Of a stretch of 64,000 nucleotides of DNA, positions 1 to 7,394 are shown piece by piece. Below the pieces are notes generated by a model. That model was given only the letters and a program-made list of their open reading frames with translations. It did no database searches and had not been told where the DNA came from. Position numbers and translations under genes: made by a program. Numbering within the stretch: the first letter of the stretch is position 1; every line of letters starts with the position of its first letter. The stretch comes from Spirochaetia bacterium (lineage in GTDB: Bacteria; Spirochaetota; Spirochaetia; SZUA-6; Bin103), in NCBI GenBank assembly GCA_965198005.1, contig CBDAOI010000004.1:1799257-1863256 (forward strand), in the 5' to 3' direction.

Positions 1-144
1 TCAGCATCAAGCTGTGGCCCCAACCCCGAATCGTACACTCATGGCCGGACCGGCGATTTGCCGTCAACCACCGAAGGTAGGAGCCGGATGGTTTAACGAC
101 CACGTCCGGATCTGTGCGGGGGGCGCCGGGTAACCGGCGTTCCT

Positions 145-250
145 ACCGCGCCCGGGAGCGGTTGCGGTCGCAGGCGGCGGCGGAGGAGGCGGCCGGAACC
201 GAGCACTTCGATAACGGGGAGCTGACGCTGAATCAGCGGGTGTGGAATCT
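145..250 (+). pseudogene. N-terminal fragment of phytanoyl-CoA dioxygenase (PhyH) family gene
   Basis: Translates YRARERLRSQAAAEEAAG...NQRVWNL, resembling PhyH-family N-termini; GC-rich frame breaks into lower-GC DNA at about 252. Confidence 0.55.
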
Positions 251-255
251 GTATG

Positions 256-720
256 TCAGCGCGGTCGATAAGGAATCTCTGACACACGTATTCTGACCAC
301 GTTGGGTGCCAGACCCTGAGATTCCAGCAGCCGCTCAAGCGCTTGTTTAGCGTCACGTCGCTTGGGTACATTGGAACCTATGGTGATCTGACTATTTGAC
401 GTAAGAATGGACTTACACATGAGTTCTTGGATCTGCATATATCTGCGCACAAGGCCGTATTGAACGTGCATGCCGCGACGAAGCTTCAACTCGTTTCCGT
501 CAATAGCGTCTTCTCTCGCATCAAACGCCACCGCTCGGAATTCGCGCTCCATTTCATAATGTGATCGTTTGTGGGCGAGATGCAACGGAAAATCGTGCTC
601 CACGGAGGTGCGATCAATAGGGGTTCTACGCAGATCCTTCAGAAGGTCAGCCGCGCAACTGGCGATTTCCGTCGCCTCGCGCCGCAATTGTGTCAAGCTA
701 CTAGATGATTCACGATTCAT
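256..720 (-). CDS. hypothetical protein (accessory cassette)
   Basis: 154-aa ORF in lower-GC DNA; its stop codon abuts the PhyH breakpoint. Confidence 0.5.
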   Translation of the reverse strand: MNRESSSSLTQLRREATEIASCAADLLKDLRRTPIDRTSVEHDFPLHLAHKRSHYEMEREFRAVAFDAREDAIDGNELKLRRGMHVQYGLVRRYMQIQELMCKSILTSNSQITIGSNVPKRRDAKQALERLLESQGLAPNVVRIRVSEIPYRPR

Positions 721-839
721 GATGCATTGGTGTCAAGAAGCAGCCAAGTGGGTTCGCCAAGATTCCCTCGACTGCTCCGAGCGTGAACGTCGCAATACGG
801 TTTGCAAACATAGCTAAGCTAGTTGAAGAACGTCTCAGC

Positions 840-1020
840 TACTCGGCCAATCTTTCCGCGTAGTTCAAGTTCTCCTGCGACCAGCGCGAGAACATGGAGC
901 CGGCGACCTGTCCAAGGGCAGCTGCGGGTGGGTGGTGATCACTGGCACTTGGCGACCGTTGGCGAGCCGGCGCCGGATCTGGCGGACTGTGAGCCCGTTG
1001 CGCAGTAACCATCGGTTGCT
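840..1020 (-). mobile_element. frameshifted transposase fragment (DDE, IS4-like RW-x-QE signature)
   Basis: Two frames join to give VRQIRRRLANGRQVPVITT...VAGSMFSRWSQEN. Confidence 0.5.
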
Positions 1021-1108
1021 CGCCCCCGATGGGCGGGAAAGACCACTTGACCCCATAGTCAGAACATCTTACCTTTAGAGCAAGGTCCTTTCTGGGGAGG
1101 TGATGTGC

Positions 1109-1264
1109 ATGCCATCGACTGGACAAAAGAGTACGCAGTCCGGGATCTATCGTCCCGACTGCGGATGCAGTACCGAGATTGCGCTTAGCAACCGCGAGAC
1201 GTTCCCGCCTTGTCGGGCTTGCGGACGCGCCGTCAACTGGACTCTCGTGCGTCCAACGCGGTAG
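1109..1264 (+). CDS. small YjzC-like / zinc-ribbon protein (51 aa)
   Basis: GGAGGTG RBS 6 nt before ATG; MPSTGQKSTQSGIYRPDCGC...FPPCRACGRAVNW; below the ORF-track cutoff. Confidence 0.7.
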   Translation: MPSTGQKSTQSGIYRPDCGCSTEIALSNRETFPPCRACGRAVNWTLVRPTR

Positions 1265-1658
1265 CTGAAGGGTTGCCGCTCACGACTTCATCATGAGCGG
1301 CAACCGCATCTTCAGAATATCCCAACAATAACCCGAGCAGCCTGTGATGATGAGGGTCGGGAACGTTGCAAAGCATCCACTTCAACGTGTCTACGACCCA
1401 CCACCGGCTGGCAAACCCCGCGTGCGCCCGTTCCTTTCCGCGCAGCACAAAGGGGATAGGAACCAGTTGCGAGGTGCCGAAGCTGAATGAGCTTAGACGC
1501 TCGTACATCCGCGACATGGCGACAGGTTCAGCTTCGACAGTTCCAACCAGGGCCAATGGTCTGACGCCACGCGACACCAAGTACCCGTTTTCGTAAATCA
1601 CGGAGTTGCTGATGGCTACGGGCATTAGTGAAGCGTCTACTCCCTCGCCGGGCTTCAA
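1233..1658 (-). CDS. hypothetical protein
   Basis: 141-aa ORF with C-terminal LLGLLLGY motif; start codon uncertain. Confidence 0.55.
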   Translation of the reverse strand: MKPGEGVDASLMPVAISNSVIYENGYLVSRGVRPLALVGTVEAEPVAMSRMYERLSSFSFGTSQLVPIPFVLRGKERAHAGFASRWWVVDTLKWMLCNVPDPHHHRLLGLLLGYSEDAVAAHDEVVSGNPSATALDARESS

Positions 1659-1681
1659 TGAGGCCCGCCCCGGATGGCGGC

Positions 1682-1948
1682 TTATGGTAAGAAGCTTCGA
1701 ATCAAAGCAGTGATCGCTGTTGCAAGAATGGTGGAAATGGAGATTGAAATAATCAACATTCTACCTAGAACGTACGCTTTGGTGGCGTAATGCTTATCCA
1801 CTTCATCTCTCAGTCGATCCGTCTCACTAGCTTGTTGGCTAGAAATCGCCTCCACCTCTTTTTGGGCCCAGCGATCGTTCTGGATATTTTGCGTAACCCT
1901 GGCGCTTATGTTCGCTATACGTTCAATTTCTCTATCGTCCACGTTCAC
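1682..1948 (-). CDS. small membrane protein, candidate toxin paired with Panacea antitoxin
   Basis: Overlaps the 3' end of the Panacea gene; C-terminal hydrophobic helix (MLIISISISTILATAITALI). Confidence 0.55.
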   Translation of the reverse strand: MNVDDREIERIANISARVTQNIQNDRWAQKEVEAISSQQASETDRLRDEVDKHYATKAYVLGRMLIISISISTILATAITALIRSFLP

Positions 1949-2438
1949 GAAATCGCCTCCCGTCCCCCAACAAATCGACGTAGTAGTCTCGGATCAACTT
2001 ATTGGGAATCACCGCACCTTCACCAGCCGCCTTTACAGTTCTGTCCCAAGGCGTCCCAGGAGCATGTGTCATAGACGATAGTTGAATTCCGGAATACTTG
2101 ACATGAGCTTTAGTAAACACCGAAATAAGGTGTTGTTCAGAGTCAGAAAGATTGGCTTGGTGCGTCGCCGTAAGTTGAATTGAACGATTTCCGAATCTCT
2201 TGAAGGTGTGGTATACGGTCGGTACCACTGGACCATACCGCCAAGCCTCCACAGGCTCGTCAAGAAGAGGCTCGTCAAGCGCCCACAGATGCCCTCCATG
2301 ACAAATATAGACTAACTTGATTAATTGCATGGGCGTTGTTTCAATCTGCTGGCGCAACGCGAGAATGTGATGAGACACAAGCAACGACTTTGCTCCAACA
2401 TCCGGGATGTTGGCGATCCAGGATGCTCTCAATGGCAT
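1932..2438 (-). CDS. Panacea (DUF4065/GepA/SocA-like) antitoxin
   Basis: TPMQLIKLVY, EAWRYGPVVPTVY and LSSMTH..GTPW motifs; start taken at MPLRASW (ORF track extends to 2483). Confidence 0.85.
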   Translation of the reverse strand: MPLRASWIANIPDVGAKSLLVSHHILALRQQIETTPMQLIKLVYICHGGHLWALDEPLLDEPVEAWRYGPVVPTVYHTFKRFGNRSIQLTATHQANLSDSEQHLISVFTKAHVKYSGIQLSSMTHAPGTPWDRTVKAAGEGAVIPNKLIRDYYVDLLGDGRRFRERGR

Positions 2439-2696
2439 TTTCTTTCTCCTCTCTAATTGATTGTTGGGCTGGACGCGCGTCACGCCGCGCTCACTTATTC
2501 CTCTGACCTCCTCAAGCGGCTTCTACCCGCCTCGCCCACGTAGCAGGGTGTATTTTTAGTCTAACGGCATCGTGGGCTGAGGATCAAACTTCGTATATTC
2601 CAGTGCCCTCACTTATGGCTGCCTCCTCACACGCCACAGTATGGCGGGACCTATCTTATCTTACGGCCAATCGTGGCGTATGGCCAAACAACCGCT

Positions 2697-3066
2697 GTTT
2701 CATCCGGTGTTGCGGGAGTTGCTGCCGGAGCTGCTGGGCGAGGACTACAACCTGTCAAGCCTCACGGCGAACATCGCGGCGCCGGGCGGGGAGCCGATGC
2801 CGATGCCGCTGCCCTCGGACCAGGGGGTACACGCCGCGGTCGTTGCCGATTCGGGTGGTGGTCAATACGGCCTGGATGCTGGAGGACCAGTCGGAGGAGA
2901 ACGGGGCGACGCGGCTGGTGCCGGGGAGCCACCTGTGGCCGGAGCTGCCCGAGCACAAGCCGGAGGTGGAGAGCATCGCCGCCACCGGGGCGGCCGGGAC
3001 GATGCTGATGTTTGACCGGCGCCTGTGGCACGGCACCGGGGCGAACCGTACGACCCGCAAGCGGCA
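2697..3066 (+). pseudogene. PhyH-family dioxygenase, central fragment, frameshifted
   Basis: HPVLRELLPELLGEDYNLSSLTANIA, then frameshift, then NGATRLVPGSH...LWHGTGANRT. Confidence 0.8.
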
Positions 3067-3124
3067 GACAATATCGGTGACGAATGCCGAGGAAGCCAGA
3101 ACCTTGACACCGGGCGGCTCCCCC

Positions 3125-3538
3125 TTACGCAGCGACGGAGGTGACTGCGAGGCGCAGCCCGATGGCGGCTAAAGCGGATTCCATCTGATCCAGCCGAGAA
3201 TGGTGATTGACGTTCAACACCCGATCTACTTGCGGCAGATGCCAACCCAGACGCCGTGCCAACTCGGCCTTCCCGATGTTCTGATCCCGCATGCCTTGGT
3301 ACAGGATCACTTTGATAGCGGTAAGGGTCGGCACTGAGACACGAACCTCACTCGGAGTGGGCATCGGAATGTCTCTCCGATCGTGGATGCGTGCGGCGAC
3401 CGCTTCTTCCAACGCATCGACCGCACGCACCAACGCTTCATCACGATCTTCCCCAAAGGTCTTCAGTTCCGGAAAATCGGGAGACGTAACAAGTATAGTC
3501 CCTTCATCGTTTTCGAGGTTAACTGCATAACAAAGCAT
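3125..3538 (-). CDS. hicB: HicB family antitoxin with C-terminal HTH
   Basis: VTSPDFPELKTFGEDRDEAL; KAELARRLGWHLPQVDRVL. Confidence 0.9.
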   Translation of the reverse strand: MLCYAVNLENDEGTILVTSPDFPELKTFGEDRDEALVRAVDALEEAVAARIHDRRDIPMPTPSEVRVSVPTLTAIKVILYQGMRDQNIGKAELARRLGWHLPQVDRVLNVNHHSRLDQMESALAAIGLRLAVTSVAA

Positions 3539-3540
3539 GA

Positions 3541-3631
3541 TTATATTTCATCCAGTTTTTCAGTATTTCGTTTGCGTATAAAAGGTGCATCCTTGTCTCT
3601 TAAGCCAACGCTTAAGTTCTGATGCTTTCAT
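3541..3631 (-). pseudogene. hicA: hicA toxin remnant with internal deletion
   Basis: GAGGAG RBS then MKASELKRWLKRQGCTF (HicA N-terminus) and a premature stop; only about 90 bp lie before hicB. Confidence 0.75.
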
Positions 3632-4006
3632 AGAAGTAGGCTCCTCACTCGTGCGGTCTACCTCTCTGCTGTGTCCATAGCTCGTGTCCTCCTGCAGGGA
3701 TCGTTCCTCAGAATATATATCTGATCCCGCATGCGGTCAACACAAATGTTGCGTCCTGCTCACCCTGTCGCTGCTCGACGAGCTGTACGAGGGGGCTTCG
3801 CCGGAGCTGCTCGGCTCGCCGGAATGGCGGAACGGGAAACAGCGAGTGGGCAGGAATGGGCCGGACGGGCCGCGGCGCCTCAATTTGTGGTGATCCTGGC
3901 AGACGATCTCGGGTACTCGGACATCGGCGCTCATGTCGCCCATCATCACCATGCCGACACTTGCACTGAGGCACGCCCGATATCTACAGAGACACAGAGA
4001 CAGACC

Positions 4007-4170
4007 GTGGAGAGCATCGCCGCCACCGGCCCGGCCGGGGACGATGCTGATGTTCGACGGGCGCCTGTGGCACGGCACCGGGGCGAACCGCACCACCCGC
4101 AAGCGGCATCTGCTGCTCGGCTACTTCTGCCGTCCCTGGATCCGGCCGCACGAGAATTTCACCCTGTTCG
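4007..4170 (+). pseudogene. PhyH-family C-terminal fragment (partial duplicate of 2966-3066)
   Basis: VESIAATG...LWHGTGANRTTRKRHLLLGYFCRPWIRPHEN. Confidence 0.75.
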
Positions 4171-4400
4171 CGCCAGGCCAAGCCTGGGAGGGGAGGAAGA
4201 TGTGAAACAGGCATTAGAAAAACCCTTCGTAGCCACCCTGTGGGTAACCAATCCCATACGGGGTTCGGGCGGCTGCGTGTTCCAGCGGCAAACATCGCGG
4301 CCTGCTGCGCGGGAAGTAGCGGAGACAGAGCCGCTTGCGTCTTTGCCGGGCGGCCGCCGGCGGCGTTGCCGGGGCGGATGCGGGTGGGCTATAGTCGGCG

Positions 4401-4700
4401 GTGATGGGCGCGAACGGCCGGGTGGGCGGGAATCTTCAGGCGTGGTGGGACGATATCTGCACGCAGTGCGGGGCGTGTTGCTACCAGCGCGACCGGGTGG
4501 CCGGCGAGTTGGCCGTGAACAAGCAGGCGCCGTGCCGGTTTCTGGATACCGACTCCAATCTGTGCACGGTGTACGCCTCGCGCTTCGAGAAGTGCGCCGA
4601 GTGCCGGCAGGTGACGCCGTTCCACGCGCTGTTCTCCCGCTATCTGCCGGACGACTGCGGCTACGTCGAGAAGTTCCGCTTCTGGCGCAAGGCGAACTGA
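4401..4700 (+). CDS. YcgN/YkgJ-like cysteine-cluster protein (copy 1)
   Basis: CTQCGACC...CRFLD...CTVY..R...C...LP..CGY. Confidence 0.8.
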   Translation: MMGANGRVGGNLQAWWDDICTQCGACCYQRDRVAGELAVNKQAPCRFLDTDSNLCTVYASRFEKCAECRQVTPFHALFSRYLPDDCGYVEKFRFWRKAN

Positions 4701-5068
4701 ACGAACTGAGCGGCGGCGCGGCGCGCCCGGTAGCGATCACCACCTACGTGGCGCGGACCCTGACCGACGGCGCCGCGGCGGTGCTGGAGTCGCGTTCGGC
4801 GGAGCTGTCGGCGGACGCCATCTTTCTCCTGACCGAGGACCTGAGCGCGCTCGACCTGGGCGAGGAGGTGGAGGTGCGCCTGGGGGTGCCGGGCGAGCGG
4901 CTGCACGCGGCGCAGGCGCGGGTGACGCGGTCGGCCCGCCGCTTCGCCGGGGGCAGGGGCGCGGGTGCGGCCGGGCCGGGGGGAAGCGGCTTCGAGCTGA
5001 CCTTCAAGCAGTGCGAGCCCGGCTTCCAGAGCGCCGTCGCAGCCATCCTGAACGGGATCACGGACTGA
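4697..5068 (+). CDS. PilZ-like beta-barrel domain protein
   Basis: ELSADAIFL...LGEEVEVRL...ARVTR...GFELTF pattern; start codon uncertain. Confidence 0.5.
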   Translation: MNELSGGAARPVAITTYVARTLTDGAAAVLESRSAELSADAIFLLTEDLSALDLGEEVEVRLGVPGERLHAAQARVTRSARRFAGGRGAGAAGPGGSGFELTFKQCEPGFQSAVAAILNGITD

Positions 5069-5340
5069 CGGCCGGCAGGTCTCGGAAGTAGGTTCGGTAG
5101 AACCCGCGATCGCGGGTCGCGAGTCGGCTCGCCTGCACCTGGGCATGGGCACCGATCACGAAGTCGGCGATGATCCGCTGGCCTCGCTCAAACCGGCCGA
5201 CTGTTCAACGGGATTCGGCTGCCGGCGTCTGTTTCTTACGCAGGATCAAACTCTCCCCTCGATTCGAGGAACACGACTTCGTCATGAGGCTCCAGAGCGA
5301 ACCTCACCCTCAACTGCTTGGGAATCGTCACCTGGCCTGA
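5059..5340 (-). pseudogene. abrB-vapC TA remnant with three internal deletions
   Basis: Aligns to 11595-12230 with deletions of about 190, 136 and 28 bp. Confidence 0.9.
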
Positions 5341-5454
5341 ATACGTAGATAGGATATGTCAATCGCAGGGAGGTTGACGAGGTGATGACCGGGAGCGGCG
5401 GGGCTGTTTCTACCTCCGGGACGAAAGCAATGTGCACCAATGCAAGACACGAGC

Positions 5455-5474
5455 AAATGCTTGTTGCACCATTC
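5455..5474 (+). repeat. 20-bp exact direct repeat AAATGCTTGTTGCACCATTC (second copy 9854-9873)
   Basis: Read directly at both positions. Confidence 0.9.
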
Positions 5475-5578
5475 GTCCCCTTGTCTCCTTGTCGGGCGTT
5501 ACCGCCCAAGAAAAGCGGCACCCAGCTACCTCCGCCTGCTGGCCGCTACAGTTGTCGCTCGCGCGTAGCGCAAGTCCC

Positions 5579-5770
5579 TAGTGTCCTGTCTCATAAATTC
5601 GGCGCTCTTGGTCCAGATGAACGGCTCTGGCTTCTCGTTGTGGACCCTCAAGTACTCCTCTATCGCCTGTTCCAGCTCCTCGGTGCTGCGGTGGGTACCG
5701 CGCCGAATCTGCTGTTCGGTAATCGCGGCGAACCACCGTTCGACTTGGTTGATCCAGGATGCACTCGATT
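5579..5770 (-). mobile_element. IS630-family remnant (transposase C-terminus plus element end)
   Basis: Minus strand SWINQVERWFAAITEQQIRRGTHRS...HNEKPEPFIWTK; ends at TAGTGTCCTGT, typical of IS630 termini. Confidence 0.8.
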
Positions 5771-6021
5771 ACGGCGTCTGCGTCGAACCGGCACGGAACC
5801 ATGGGCCTGCGCCCATCTCTACTGCCGGCAGCGCGGAGCCGGTCCGGCGTGTACGGGCTGTACGGGCGTACGAATGGTGGACGTTACGACGGAATCACGT
5901 TATGCTAGCGGAGGGTTGCGCCGAGCCTAGGACTCCACCCGCCACCAAGAGCGTGGTGGATCATCGTACGACGTAGTGCGGATCCGATACTCAGTTGCGG
6001 GCATGACCCGGAGGGTAAGAG

Positions 6022-6273
6022 ATGGAGCATGACAACCGGAATCCCAAGGGTGACCAGCGTCAACCCGGCGACAACTCTGGAGCCAGCACCGGCACCAAGG
6101 TGAAGATGTACCCGTACAACGTAAACGGTGTCCGCCTTTCGACCGGCACCAAAATGGAGGCCAACCATGCCGAAACATGGAAGAATGAGCTAAATCTGGT
6201 CTCAACCGTTAAACTTGGGCTAGATCACCACGACTTCACTGGAAGGGAAACTTCAAATCTGGTCTCAAGTTAA
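6022..6273 (+). CDS. small hypothetical protein with internal repeats
   Basis: GGAGG RBS; STGTK twice and NLVS twice. Confidence 0.35.
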   Translation: MEHDNRNPKGDQRQPGDNSGASTGTKVKMYPYNVNGVRLSTGTKMEANHAETWKNELNLVSTVKLGLDHHDFTGRETSNLVSS

Positions 6274-6301
6274 ACTTGGGCTAGATCACCACGACTTCAC
6301 T
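6192..6301. repeat. two direct repeats of 49 and 47 bp separated by 14 bp
   Basis: aaatctggtctcaa(cc)gttaaacttgggctagatcaccacgacttcact at 6192-6240 and 6255-6301. Confidence 0.9.
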
Positions 6302-7394
6302 CCGGGCGAAGTCTCGTCTCCGCGAGGTTGTGCAGCCTGTTCAGGAAGTCCCTCTGCCGCACGCCATCGTCACCGCGGTCCTTGGATTGCTGCTCCGCTT
6401 CCCCGTACACACGGACCGTGTCATCATCGGAAATGAGTTCGGTTGTCGCCTCCGTTCCGAGCTCTCCAGCGGACTCTATTCTCGCACGCTCCAGGTAGAA
6501 CCTTGCAAGCTTCTGCGCCTGCTCGGGGCTACCAAGTGGCGACAGTAGAATCTGATTGTCGAGTCTGCGTCGAAACGCCGGAAGCGCGCTCCCGTACCGT
6601 CGCATCGCGTCGGGTGTCATGGCAATTACCATAAACAGGAATTTCGGAAGGGCGTCTATGATGGCGCGGAGCGCGGAGAGATACCGGACTACCGCTCTCG
6701 GGGACAGAATGCCCGCCTGTTTCTCCAACTCATCGAGTAAGAGGAAAATGCCCTTCAATACGCCAAGTTCCGTGCTCAGAAGAACGTAATCCCTCAGCAC
6801 GGTGGTCCGCGATTCCACGGTATCTAGTCGGAAACTGATGCCCAGACCGTTCCTGTGCGCGTTGAGAATACGGAATCCGAAGAACCAGTTGAGACACAGC
6901 TGAAAGAGATCGTCATCGTCTTGCTTCTTGGAGAGCGATAGCAGAGCCTGCCTCAGGTCGTAGGATCTCAGCATCGAAAGATCCGGATCCGCACTCGCAA
7001 TCACCTTCACGACCTTTTTGAGATGATCGATGCCGAGTTCTTGAAAAACCGTTCGGATCACGCCATCGAACGACTGTTCGGGATCCGCCATGTACCGCAC
7101 GATGTAGAAACCATCGAGCTCGGACTTCGCTTCCACTACTTCGCGTTCCAGGTAGTTCAACAGATTGGTCTTGCCGACTCCTTGCGTCCCGATGACCACC
7201 AGGACCTCGGATTTTTGCTCGCGGAGGAACGCGAGAATCCGGTCCTCGGCTGGCGTGTCTTCAGGAACAGGAGAATGCGGATTGCCGTAGGTCTGATTCG
7301 CTGACGGGTATGGGTTGGCAAGTACACCGAATTGCTCCAGGAGCTTACTCCGTCGATCCGAGTGCTGGTTCTGCATTCTGTCACGTAGGCTCAT
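6297..7394 (-). CDS. P-loop (AAA+-like) ATPase, putative defence protein
   Basis: Walker A GTQGVGKT, Walker B IFLLLDELE; ATGA-coupled to the upstream PIN gene. Confidence 0.85.
   Translation of the reverse strand: MSLRDRMQNQHSDRRSKLLEQFGVLANPYPSANQTYGNPHSPVPEDTPAEDRILAFLREQKSEVLVVIGTQGVGKTNLLNYLEREVVEAKSELDGFYIVRYMADPEQSFDGVIRTVFQELGIDHLKKVVKVIASADPDLSMLRSYDLRQALLSLSKKQDDDDLFQLCLNWFFGFRILNAHRNGLGISFRLDTVESRTTVLRDYVLLSTELGVLKGIFLLLDELEKQAGILSPRAVVRYLSALRAIIDALPKFLFMVIAMTPDAMRRYGSALPAFRRRLDNQILLSPLGSPEQAQKLARFYLERARIESAGELGTEATTELISDDDTVRVYGEAEQQSKDRGDDGVRQRDFLNRLHNLAETRLRPE

Larger units (their letters stand above)
4257..5406 (+). repeat. copy 1 of a diverged direct segmental duplication (copy 2 at 10935-12313)
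   Basis: Direct sequence comparison; shared start tacggggttcgggcggctgcgtgttcc. Confidence 0.95.

Noticed and set aside
3731-5068. 445-aa ORF as a single gene
   Set aside because: Chance read-through across mosaic fragments and the YcgN-like gene; only the 3' PilZ-like part looks real
6192-6301. CRISPR array
   Set aside because: Only two repeats, a 14-bp spacer, and no cas genes
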